20,000 nucleotides of DNA. Origin: Chiloscyllium plagiosum. Taxonomy: Eukaryota. Shown here one piece after another: positions 9,313 through 19,747 of this stretch. Every line of letters begins with the position of its first letter. Position 1 is the first letter of the stretch. The position numbers and the translations under genes are program-made. Below the pieces are notes generated by a model. The model saw only the letters and a list, made by a program, of their open reading frames with translations, made no database searches and was not told the DNA's origin. The stretch covers positions 49,810,090 through 49,830,089 of the forward strand of contig NC_057718.1 in assembly GCF_004010195.1 (NCBI RefSeq), given 5' to 3'.

Positions 9313-11329
9313 AAAGGTAATGTATTTGTCAGCTCATCAGAGAGCAAAGCCACACAGTAATCCTGCTGCAGAAGACTCGGCTGAGGAATTTAAGGGACAA
9401 GCAACAGAATAAAACCGATGAATGGATACATCAAAATGCTTGATGCATGGAAAATTTGACAGAAAGTCAGTATCCACTCTCAAACTGCGTGGAGTGAGTT
9501 GTTACAAGTGTGACAGAAGACTTAACAAAGAACTTGGAGGCCACTCCCTCCAGAATGGAACAGCTGGCTTCCACCATCAGCTCAACAATAGAGTCTGCCA
9601 TGATGCAGCATCTATTAGCATAATCTTTCAGTTTTCACTGTAGCATCAGTAGCAGTCACATAAAATTTTAGTGCTGTTCTGGAAGCTCAGGCTGCTTTCC
9701 ATCATGGCTCTCATTACCAATTTTCAAAGGGCCTCACAGAAATGAAGTAATCTCTTCCCCTAACAGATTACAGGATCACTGAAGCACCTCTCTGGGAGAT
9801 TAGCAGTTTGCATGTGGTAAACCGACAAGAATCTTTCAGGAAGATGGCATTCTTACTCTTACCTCTCAGATTCCACCATGATCCTTGTTGGTATCTGTCT
9901 GTCAGTCAGAGTGTTGCTTCCCAAGCTGAGAATGTGCATTCTGAAGTCACTGCTCTACCCGCCCAGAGCCGTTTAAAGTTGACCTGACACCAAATCCCCA
10001 AATATGGTTCCTGCCAATCGCTTCCGTTCAACTATACTGAGCTGGTAAGTACACCCAAGCTCCCTTGAGTCTCAACTGCCCAGCTACCTCGAACTCCTGA
10101 AAGGTTCTCAGGACTTCACTGAGCTTCCAGCTCCTTACAGCTAACAGCATGTCAGATGTATGGAGCTGGCCACACTTTGTTCCCTTTGGCTACTCCTGTC
10201 TGTCCTAACTAGCTGACTGCTGTTCCTTGACCCTTGAACCACTCTTCACATCTCTTTGTGATTGAATGGCTTCTCCATATCTCTGTTTGTTGGGGTTTTG
10301 GATTTGTAAACATCATGTTTGTGTTTCTGCAAATGTGCAGACATGAGGAGTTACACGCTGCCTCTTCAATGAAGGATTATCCATCTGGGCATTTACATTT
10401 TAATCACTTTCCAGAAATATCTGTTAGCTTCAGTTTACTTAGAAATTGGAAGACCTTTCTATGTTCACCTGCATATGACAGTTGATCAGTGATGGGTTCA
10501 ATGTAAGGAATGTGAACCTGATGGTGAAGTAGTTGAAGTTATTAACATTGCTCTTGAATCATTTGTTTACTCACAAGCTTGACACAAAATAATTGTTTGT
10601 GTAGCATCAGTCTTCTCTCTTCCACCTCAACCTCTTCCTCCTCCTCACCCTGCTGTCCCCCAGCTTCTCATCTGATGGGTGGTGATTACTTCCTTATGTT
10701 AACGTAACATGAAGCATACCATAGCAATCTAAGAAACTGCTCAAGCTACTTGTATTTGCACAAAGTTAAAAATCACACGACACCAGGTTATTTGAAATTA
10801 CAACCTTTTAGAGCGCTGCTCCTTTGTCAGTTAGCTAGTGGGGCAGGATACATAGGGCATAAAATTTATAAGTAAAAGATCAAAGTGTCATACAACTGAT
10901 GCAATCCAGGATGGCTGCAAAGTTTTTAATCACTTGCAAGATGTGTCACAACATGGATACTACCATTACACGTGGGGACACACCCACCACATGTGCAGCA
11001 GGTACTCATGTGACTCGGCCAATCTCATATGCTGCAGGCAAGGATGCCCCAAGGCATGGTACATTGGCAAGACCGAGCAGACACTATGACAATGAATGAC
11101 TGGACACTGCGCAATAATCTTCCCTCCCAGTGGAGGATCACTTCAATAGTCAAGGATGTTTGGCCTCGAACGTTAGCATCAGGTTTGCACCCACCAAGTG
11201 GACTTCGGGATATGTGACTACGCAGAGTCGCCGAGCAGAGGCTGATAACCAAGTTCAGTACCCATGAGGATGGCCTCAACCAGGACCTTGGGTTCATGTC
11301 ACACTACAGGTGACCCCATCACACTATAT

Positions 11330-11650
11330 ACTCTCACACACACACACAAGCATACACACAAGCACACACACACATGCACACACACACTCTTACACACAAA
11401 CATACAAACACTCACACAGACTGTCTCTCATACACATGTTCTCACACACACACACTGGCACTCACGTACACACCCTCTCACAGGCATATACTCCATCAAA
11501 CTTGACACCCTCTCACAGGCATATACTCCATCAAACTTGCACACACACTCTCTCAAGCATGCATGCACACACACTCAAACAGTCTCTCACTCTCTCACAC
11601 ACATTCTTTCCCTCTTCATCTCTCCCTCATACTCGCACATACGCACACAC
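11330..11650 (+). repeat. Imperfect (CA)n/(CT)n microsatellite containing a perfect 35-bp tandem duplication
   Basis: CA-rich tract; acaccctctcacaggcatatactccatcaaacttg at 11470-11504 and 11505-11539. Confidence 0.95.
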
Positions 11651-11874
11651 AGATATAAGTCTATGGGATGAATTTGCATTTGCAGATTTGTATTTGCAGA
11701 TACATTCTATTTTGTTCAAAAAGCAAATAATTAGTAGGCAGTCAGCTATGTGGCATTTTATAAATTCCTACTTTGGAAATAAAACCAGTTTGAGTCCAGG
11801 TTGGGACACAGACAGACTCTAACTTCACACTTGTAATGCATTGTCTGAGCTGAGAAGTCACTTTTTTAATATAC

Positions 11875-12467
11875 TGTGGTGTGACTAGGCCAGACCACTC
11901 AGACCATAACTTTGCAATTTGTTTTGATAAAAGTACAGTGAAGACTACCCAGAGTAAGTTAGCTAGGTTGACTAGCAGGTTTTAAAATAGGCAAAAATGT
12001 ATTCACAAGATTATGAATGAAACACAAAGAACAGAATATAGAATACCCACAGAATTCACTTTATCCAAACTAGACTTAATTATGTTATTCCGAAAATACC
12101 CAATACTTCCAATAAACAAACCCCCTTAAACACAGCAAAATTGGAACAAAGACTTACAGGTCAAAGTTTGAAGGGCAGAAGGACAGAGAGATTAGCAGCC
12201 TGTTTCCACACAGCCCACTGCTGAACTGACTCAAACAAGACTTCAATTTTAGGACTGACCGCTCCTTTTTCATTATACAGATTACTTCTAAAACACGAAA
12301 GCTAGGTCCAAAAGTCTCATTTGTTTATGTATAAACAAAAAGGCCTCCAATACTCTTTTCATCTCTGTGCCAACCCAGCCAATTTGGAGCCTGGAGTGTT
12401 TTATGATCCGTCTGAAAAAAATACCCAAGGATAGAGTATCCTTGAGAAAAGGACCAGCTTTGTGACA
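11875..12467. mobile_element. Probable solo LTR nested in the Penelope 3' UTR
   Basis: 593 bp with tgt...aca termini (tgtggtgtgac...tttgtgaca), interrupting what I recall as contiguous PLE 3' UTR sequence (gtcacttttt | aaaaccttaag). TSD not clean (atac vs attg). Confidence 0.55.
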
Positions 12468-12654
12468 ATTGACAAAACCTTAAGTTACCTTGGGGCAGTG
12501 ACCTGAAAGAAATTCTGGGATTTACATATTAATCAATTGAAACCTGGAAGTGATTAAAGACTTAACTACCATCTAAGCTTGTCTAATACATTGCATCAGT
12601 TGTATGACACTTTGATCTTTAACTTAAAAATTCTGTGTTTTAATAGTCCTGCCC

Positions 12655-12700
12655 CATAAGCTATCTGACGAAGGAACAGTGCTCCGAAAGCTTGTATTTT
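12655..12700 (+). ncRNA. Minimal type I hammerhead ribozyme motif in the Penelope terminal repeat
   Basis: CTGACGA (12665-12671), stem II ggaac/gctcc (one mismatch), GAAA (12686-12689), palindromic AGCT stem III. Minimal hammerheads are established features of PLE pLTRs. Confidence 0.7.
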
Positions 12701-12794
12701 CAAATAAACCTGTTGGATTACAACCTCATGTCATATGATATTTAACTTTATCCACCCCAGACCAACTTCAGCACCTCCACATCATGTCTTTGCA

Positions 12795-13050
12795 TTGAGA
12801 GCTTCAGTAGCTTCCTAGTATAGCAGGGCACTGCAGACCATAAAAAGCTAATAGTCATCATCACCTTCACAGTCACTGGCAATGCTGTCCTGTCCAGTTC
12901 TGATGTCAGAGTTGTGGTGCAGCAGTTGACATAGTTCAGTGACAACCTCCTGAGTGAAAAAGTGATTTTCAAGTATTGGTTTTGCTGAAAATCAGGGATT
13001 AGGAATATTCCCTTAGAAATCTTTCCTGGTTTCCCTACTACTGCTACCAC
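12795..13050 (-). mobile_element. PIF/Harbinger transposase (HARBI1-like) N-terminal remnant
   Basis: QEVVTELCQLLH (12952-12917), then after a frameshift RTALPVTVKVMMTISF (from 12891), matching ...EVVxELCxLL...ALPVxVKVxxALxF; interrupted by the PLE at 12784. Confidence 0.65.
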
Positions 13051-13429
13051 AGCTTTTCCTGTTTTGTATGGCCTTTGGTAATTTTCCCAGTCCTATTCAA
13101 CACCAATTCAAAAGCCTCCTAATGCACTCAAATCTGAGAGTAAGTTATGAAATCAGCAGGAAAGTGTCTCAAGATCTGATAAATACTTTTGAAACTTTAG
13201 GTAACTATTGAAAATATGTAAAAAATTGTAAAATTGCAGCAAATCTGGAAGAACAAACCAGTGACTAACCAGATAGTTTAAGATTCCTTTACATAAGACT
13301 GAAGGGTATCTTTCATAGCATTGAATGACAGTTCAGCGAAGGGAGGTTAACATAGGGAATATCTTGAAGCATGGAGCTCCAGAATAGCAGAACAGCAACA
13401 ACATCATCAAAGTAATGTGTCAGCTGTAC

Positions 13430-13552
13430 CTGCTGCCAGTGCACGCTGGGAGTTTGCATGTTAAGCTCTTTATCAATATAGCATCCATGATACTTCACAT
13501 CAAATGTGTGCATATCATGGATCTTTTTTTTGGATATGAAGGTAACTTTATA
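13430..13552 (-). other. Weak candidate internal coding exon (123 nt, phase 0-0)
   Basis: Acceptor tttctttcataatctacacag, single open frame YKVTFISKKKIHDMHTFDVKYHGCYIDKELNMQTPSVHWQQ, donor cag|gtacag. Protein not recognised. Confidence 0.2.
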
Positions 13553-13740
13553 CTGTGTAGATTATGAAAGAAATCCATAGGCATAGTGACACTTTTAACA
13601 TGATAAAACACTGAACTTGTCTGTAACCTTAGAATTTCAAACTAACACTGAGGTTTTTGATCTCAGGCTTGGTTAATTTATATTGAAAGGAAACATTCTT
13701 ATAATTTTACCAGGAATAAAATCAATCTTTTACGTAGTAT

Positions 13741-13981
13741 TGAAGTAACTCAACGAAGGCTGGTATCCCTTCACCAAGGCACCCTTTATTTACATGTGCA
13801 TAGTACGTGACACAGACCCAGCTAGAACAAAGCTTGCTCCTAGAGTGAGCAGAACCCCTGACACTTCTATTTGATATATATCTGTCAGCCAGGGCTCCCT
13901 GATTGGACCTGGTTAACAGCCCCAGTCATGTAACTCATATTCTATGAGATCCATCTGGCTGACCTCATTCCCATCACAACA
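13741..13981 (-). mobile_element. Solo LTR (241 bp) with 4-bp TSD
   Basis: TG...CA termini (tgaagt...acaaca), TSD gtat at 13737-13740 and 13982-13985; on the minus strand a TATA-like tract (about 13874-13881) lies upstream of AATAAA (about 13785-13790). Confidence 0.85.
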
Positions 13982-15456
13982 GTATTCAACCATTTGTTTT
14001 CTTATTATCAATTTCATTCTTGATTAAATGTTCCTGAGAACTCTTGAAAGTACTTAATGGAAGTTCATTGATTATGAATCCACACTATGTGAATATGGCC
14101 CATCAGGCAAGTTAAATCTAATCCACGGTTTAATTTAAACTCTACCAATTATAGAATTTTGAGATAAAAATTGGTTTAAACCCATCTTCCGGCCTAAAGT
14201 AATAATGGCATTGAGCAAATGTTAAAAGTGGAAAAGACAAAGGCTCATCCCAAATGGATCTTATGAGCATATTTTCAGGAAGTCCCAGTGTCAACCATGA
14301 TGAGCGGCAGATTGCCAATTTGAGGGTGACCAATTCAGTCATCACCGGCAGGAGGTCTTAAGTAACAATCCTATGGGATAAATGGGAACAGAACAGCGGA
14401 CTTAGCACAGATGAATAATGGCCTGCCGTGGTATTTTGGACCCAAGAATATCACTTCATCTCCATCCCCAACAATAAATTTATAAGAGATTAGCTTCCTC
14501 ATGGCAGTCTCAGGTGTTCTGTTTAAGCACTCCTCATTATAGCAGCCAACAATGATACTGAATACAGTAAGTCAGCAGTTTTTTACCCAATGCTCATTAT
14601 TTCAGTTTGAGGCAGCTGCTAAGATTCAGGAAATATTTCAAACATGATTGGAATGCAGAAGCCAGCACCAAAAAAAGGGTGCTTTTTTTCCAGTTCCGTG
14701 CTGGAAAACTAGCTGCTTTTCTTTCCAATTGCAATTCCTTTGCATTTTCCAGTTTTGAGATTTCAGTTCCAAGCTCAGCAATTATTGCATGTATCTAATG
14801 CATGTTTCAATGCATTTTCCAGTCAGGCCTGATTCATATCCATATACTGACCTCTAGAGACAGCAACTTCAGCTGTCCGTTCTCATAATGTAATATCATC
14901 ATATTTGCTTAACTTCAAAACTTATCCAAGAAATACGCCAGGAATTTCAAAGCATATCTTATTTTCTTTGCAACTGTTGCCTGCTCTGTGTATTTGAGCT
15001 GCCTTATCCATTTCCACTAAGTCAGATGAGGTCATCAATTGTCTACATTTGAAATGCACAACGTAGGTTACAAACTGGTTTTAGTGCATGATAAACATGG
15101 ATGCAATGTTCAGAATCCTCTTGTATTGAGGTCAAAATTGGACATGTCAAGTAAAAAGATATAAGTAATGCATGTAGAAGCACATTGATGCCTCGATATT
15201 TGATGTTTCAATGTTAGGTATTATCAAGTTTGTAACTTATATCTAGACTCCAATTCTTGACTGACATTTTCAGTAATCATGGGATTTACAGCAGCACACA
15301 TTCTGCAGGTTTACTTTCAAAGGAAATTTGGCAAGGAAAGAACAAGTCAAATATTATAAATGCTCTAATATATTTTGTTAAACAAATTCCAATCGCTTGA
15401 ACATTCCTTGAGACTTTGGGCAGATGTGAGTTGTCTAGGAGGCAGGAGGGATAAGT

Positions 15457-15490
15457 GGGGTGGGGGGGGGGGGGGGGGTGGAGGGGAGAG
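15457..15490 (+). repeat. Poly-G tract
   Basis: ggggt, G17 (15462-15478), then tggagggg. Confidence 0.95.
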
Positions 15491-15619
15491 AAGAAGTGGA
15501 TGGGGGTATGCAGTGTGCCAACACCTTCCCAACAGTTCAGGAAGAACAGCCATTATTGTAGAATGAAACGCTTTAAAGAAAATAAAATGTCTCATTACAT
15601 CATGAAGCTTTGGTCTCAG

Positions 15620-16530
15620 AAATAGCATTGCCAAGAGATTTAATTTCATAGATGGAAATAAAAACAAAATTGGACATCGTGGAGAATACAAATTCTTGAT
15701 AGTTTCTGTATAAACTGGAAACTTAGAAGCTAAACAAATGAAAGGATCTCTAAATACATTTGGGAGTAGAGTGGATGATGATACCTCGGTAAAGGATGTG
15801 AATGATGTCAAAGCCTTTGACAATTTTTTCAAGCTCAGAACTATTGAAATTGTTGAAAGGGCAAGATTCATTTAAACAGTGCAATATTGAGGTGAATCCA
15901 TAAATTATTTCATTATTGTTGCCTACAGACTAGAAGAGAGATGCAACAATGGTGATAAAGTCAGAATTTGGAAGAGACCTGATTGTTGTATACATTACTA
16001 ATGAATCTTTGTCAAATGTGTTATAGTCCAAAGAAGCCTAACTCTAAAGAACTATAGTTAGTGAAGCAGAGGTTGAAAAGCAAAACACATCAATCCTAAC
16101 TAAAACGTGGCACAACAGGATCTACAGATTCTCTTCAATTATGAAGGTATAAAACTGCAAAAGATGCATCAGAGAAACAGATATCAACACTGTGGAACAA
16201 AGAAATCTCAGACGCATAAATAGTGCTCAATTTTCAAAATGGAATACTTTTATTATAATATCAGGTCATTTCAGATGTGTGTTGAAGTAGGATGCAGCCA
16301 CAGAGAATTACCCACACATAGAGGTAAACAAGTTAGAACAATCACCAGTAGAAAATTAGCATAAAGTTTTCCAATGGGAAATCAGTAGCCTAGATCAGAT
16401 ATTTTGACATGCAGACATCCATGACAATGGGCAATGGGAATCTGACAAGTTTCAAGTTAGACGTGGGAGCGAGTGTCACAATGTTTTCAGATAGCAAAAC
16501 ATGTATTTCCAATAACAATTGAGGAAGTGA
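15620..16530 (+). mobile_element. Ty3/Gypsy gag-protease remnant
   Basis: VKAFDNFFKLRTIEIVERARFI*TVQY*GESINYFIIVAYRLEERCNNGD from about 15807 (gag ERxRFxxRxQxxGES...LAExCxYG), followed by RDLIVV; protease motif FKLDVGASVTMFS at 16451-16489 (~FKLDTGA). Confidence 0.85.
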
Positions 16531-16534
16531 TCAA

Positions 16535-16996
16535 GCTAGTTTCACCAATTTTGGTTGGAGGGTTTGAGCTATTGGGAGAGGCTGAATAAGCTGGGGCTGT
16601 TTTCGCTGGAGCATCGGAGGCCTTATAGAGGTTTATAAAATCATGAAGGGCATGGATAGGATAAATAGATAAGGTCTTTTCCTGGGTTTTGGGAGTCCAG
16701 AACTAGACGGCATAGGTTCAGGGTGAGAGGGGAAAAACGTAAGAGGGACCTAAGTGCAACCTTTCCATGCTGAGGGTGGTGAGTGTATGAAATGAGCTGC
16801 CAGAGAAAATGGTGATGGTTGGTACAATTACAACATTTAAAAGACATCTGAATGGGTTTATGAATGGGAAGGGTTTAGGGGGATATGGGCCTAGTGCTGA
16901 CAAGTGGGACTAGATTAGTTTCGGATAATAGGTCAGTATGGATGAATCGGACGGAAGGGTCTGTTTCTGTGTTGTACATTTCTATGACTCCATGAC
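16535..16996 (+). mobile_element. CR1 LINE 3' end
   Basis: GLEGLSYWERLNKLGLFSLEHRR, LIEVYKIMKGMDR, SRTRRHRFRV, RVVSV*NELP and TFKRHL, plus a 3' UTR ending ctatgactccatgac. Confidence 0.92.
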
Positions 16997-17214
16997 ACTG
17001 AGCAGCAAGCAGAAAGCCCCACATTTTCAAGACGTTTAAGTAATAAGCATTTCTACTTAAGAACAGCCCTTCAACCGATTGAGAACAAAAATTAATGGAT
17101 TCAGGCAGAATCAGAGAACAAAGCAGTCAGTGCACATTGTGTTCTAAGGGCCTAATCTTCCATGGTGAGTTGTGCTCTAGATATCCCTAATTTTTTTCTT
17201 TACTTTCTCAGGTA

Positions 17215-17950
17215 ATGTTTGGAAGTAATAGGCATGGATATTCGGATTTCCAGAAGGTGTTTGTTCAACATACCATACGTTAGGCTACTTGATAAGTTAA
17301 GAACCTGTGATGTTGCAGATAATGTAATTGCATGGATAAAGGATTGTTTTAGCTTACAGAAGACTTTAAGGATAGCAATTTGAAACTGTCGGAGTTCCCA
17401 AAGGACTATTGCTGCTGCCATAGCAATTTACAATATGTATTAATTACTTGGCTGAGGGAAGTGAAGATACTAATCTCAAGTTTGCAGATGACACAGAAAC
17501 ATTGGGAAGACAAGTGGTGAGACAAACACAAAGAGGGATATAAACAGGTTAAGCAAATAGGCAAAAACTTGGCAGATGGAAAATAATATGAGAAAATGTG
17601 AGGTTATGCCATTTGGCAGGAAGATTAGAGGGGTTGAATATTACTTAAATGGAGAAAGACTACAGAAAGATACAGCACTGAGGGATTTAGGAGTATCTGT
17701 GCATAAATCACAAAAAGCTCGCATACAAGTCCAGAAGCTAAAAGGGAAAACAAATGGAAAGTTGTTCTTTATTTCAAAAGGAATGGACTCTCAAAAGAGA
17801 TAAGTATTGCTGAAATTGTACAAGGCACCAGTTAGACCATTTCTGAAATACCATGAATAGTTCTGTTCCCCTATCTCAGTAAAGATATACTACCATTAAA
17901 GACAGTCCAGAAAAGGCTCATGACATTGAGGTCAGACATAGAGAGAATAT
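17215..17950 (+). mobile_element. CR1 LINE RT fragment (older, degenerate)
   Basis: DFQKVF, RLLDKLR, IAWIKD, GVPKG, FTICINYL, KFADDT, KCEVMPFGRK, YYLNGERL, RDLGV and LYKAPVRPFL in CR1 ORF2 order. Confidence 0.9.
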
Positions 17951-18279
17951 CTGATACAAATTTAAATAAAGGAGTTTTACAGGCCATAAAGAGTTGAAAA
18001 ACCTTATTCAAAGATAAGCAGCAAGCAGTCTGAGGGACAGTTTATGTGTCCACAGTCCACAATTAGTCTAGATCACTATCTTCATGTGCAGGTATCAACA
18101 TTGGCTTAAAGCACCAAGATAAGGCAAACTTTCTCATCCCTCATCATCCTGAAATCTTGCAAAGTTAGTGCTGAAACACAAAAAGTTTCCAGCAAAACTG
18201 TGCTCCCAACAACAGTCAGAATTTCCTGTGGCCCAGTTACTTGCATTCTTCTTATTACAATTGTCAACTTATGCAGCAG

Positions 18280-18312
<33 letters not shown>
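18280..18312. repeat. (TA)n microsatellite
   Basis: Run of atatatat... with one interruption. Confidence 0.95.
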
Positions 18313-18483
18313 CTTGTTGGACCATTGATAAGATGTAGGGACAGGCCATCTTCATGCACTTTTTTCAAGTTGGGGACAGACTGTTAGAAAGTGAAATTCA
18401 CAGCTTCTATAGCTCTAATGCATATATCATGAAATCCACTACATCTTAGAGATGATTGAGTAAAATAAATAATGGAAAATAAA

Positions 18484-18640
18484 GCTTGCATTTATATAGC
18501 ACCTTGCACAATTTCAGGGCATCTCAATATGCTGTGTAGCCAACAAAAATGTCTTTGAAGTACAGTCAATGTTGAAAAATGTCAAGATCAATTTATACAT
18601 TTAGATCCCACAAGCATCAATGAGATAAATTAATAGATAT
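18484..18640 (-). mobile_element. SINE 3' portion with L2-type tail (SacSINE1/DeuSINE-like)
   Basis: cttgcatttatatagcacc (reverse of the L2-like tail gcgctatataaatgcaag), tttgaagtacagtca and gatcccacaagca-caatgagata match my recollection of this SINE. Confidence 0.65.
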
Positions 18641-18894
18641 TAGCCTGCATCTTCCATGGAATGGTAATCATTGCCATTCTGCTAAAACTTTACCCTGCTT
18701 TGACATTGCTCCATATTTCTTGCCAATTCTTCTGATCCTAGTTTCTCCAGAAACACAGAAAAAGCAATCCTCAAAAAGCCCAACACAGCGCAATACATCC
18801 GATGGGGTGAGGAGTTAAGGTTGCAATGGCATAAGCAATTTTGAGCCACTAACTGTCAGATGCTAACTCTAAAGCTCCATTGTGAACATTGATG

Positions 18895-19450
18895 AATGGC
18901 AGTGTAGATGAATGAATGATTGGGTGGGGTGGTAGGTGGATTATGTGATATGGGTGAGGCAATAGATGGTTGAGATAGTGTGCGGGTAGGTTGAAAGCTG
19001 GCTGAGATGATAGATGGATCGGGAGGAAGGCAGGTTCGGTTGTGGGCTAGTCAGTTTGATTAGCAGGTGAGTTTGGGTGTGGGGGCTAGCCAAGAGTGGG
19101 AAGTTTGGTTAGGTGGTCAGATGGATGGTTGGAATATTGGGGGGTGGTCACGGATCAGGGGACAGTCAGGTTGTCGGATGAGAGTTGTAGTTAAGATTAG
19201 GAATCCTGATGAAGGGCACCTGCCCGAAACATTGTTTTTCCTGGTCCTTGGATGCTGCCTGACCTGCTGTGCTTTTCCAGCACCACCCAAACCTTGGCTC
19301 TAATCTTCAGTATCTGCAGACCTAACTTTCACCGGGATGAGAGTTGGGTCAGATCAGGAGGTCCAAAGTGGGCAGTCATGTGGTTGGGGTGGGTCAGGTA
19401 GGGTTGGAGGTTGTTTGGTAGGTCAGAGAGTAGTCTGGGAGGAGGGGTTT
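18895..19450 (+). repeat. G/T-rich low-complexity tract (degenerate GGTCAG/GGTTG units)
   Basis: Strong G-over-C skew with recurring ggtcag, ggttg and gggt; interrupted by 19188-19334. Confidence 0.7.
19188..19334 (+). mobile_element. Short PLE-related element with hammerhead core, 12-bp TSD
   Basis: ggaatc-CTGATGA (19206-19212)-a-gggc acct gccc-GAAA (19226-19229)-cattg...ggatgctgcctgacctgctgtgcttttccagca...; TSD ggatgagagttg at 19176-19187 and 19335-19346. Confidence 0.9.
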
Positions 19451-19747
19451 GTCAGTAGTTGCTCAAGGATTAGATGTGAACTTTTCCAGCAGACACTTCC
19501 TGGGAAACTCTTCAGTTAAGTCCCACCAGACTATCCAAAATCTCGACTCTAAATCAGAATTGGCGACTTTAGCTGAGGGTCACAGACAGCAGAGGAATTT
19601 CCCATTGGAAGTTCAAACTTCCTGGGCAATTTCCATGGAGATCAGAGCATTGGAACCACTGTGAAGTCATGATCTTTATTTTGGCTTGTACTCTGATGCT
19701 CTAGGCATCAGAAGATTTGACCCAATATTTCTGTGGATTCTGGGTAA

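Larger units (their letters stand above)
10761..12784 (+). mobile_element. Penelope-like element, 5'-truncated: GIY-YIG endonuclease remnant, CA-rich 3' UTR, terminal repeat, and an inverted copy of that repeat at the 5' end
   Basis: About 10925-11313 gives frameshifted CKMCHNMDTTITRGDT, YSCDSAN, CRQGCPKAWYIGKTEQTL, SLPVEDHF and RVAEQRLITKFSTHEDGLNQDLGFMSHYR*. 10762-10905 is the reverse complement of about 12589-12749. Near-perfect TSD tgtatttgca (10751-10760) / tgtctttgca (12785-12794). Confidence 0.92.

Noticed and set aside
11470..11539. CRISPR-like 35-bp repeat
   Set aside because: Two adjacent copies with no spacer, eukaryotic context, no cas genes.
11264..11822. His/Thr-rich ORFs of 135 and 170 aa
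   Set aside because: Translation artefacts of the (CA)n microsatellite.
15365..15871. 168-aa minus ORF with polyproline
   Set aside because: Antisense to the Gypsy gag remnant; the proline run comes from the poly-G tract.
17185..17220. Strong acceptor-like tttttttctttactttctcag
   Set aside because: Immediately followed by gtaatg and CR1 sequence; no exon-like open frame.
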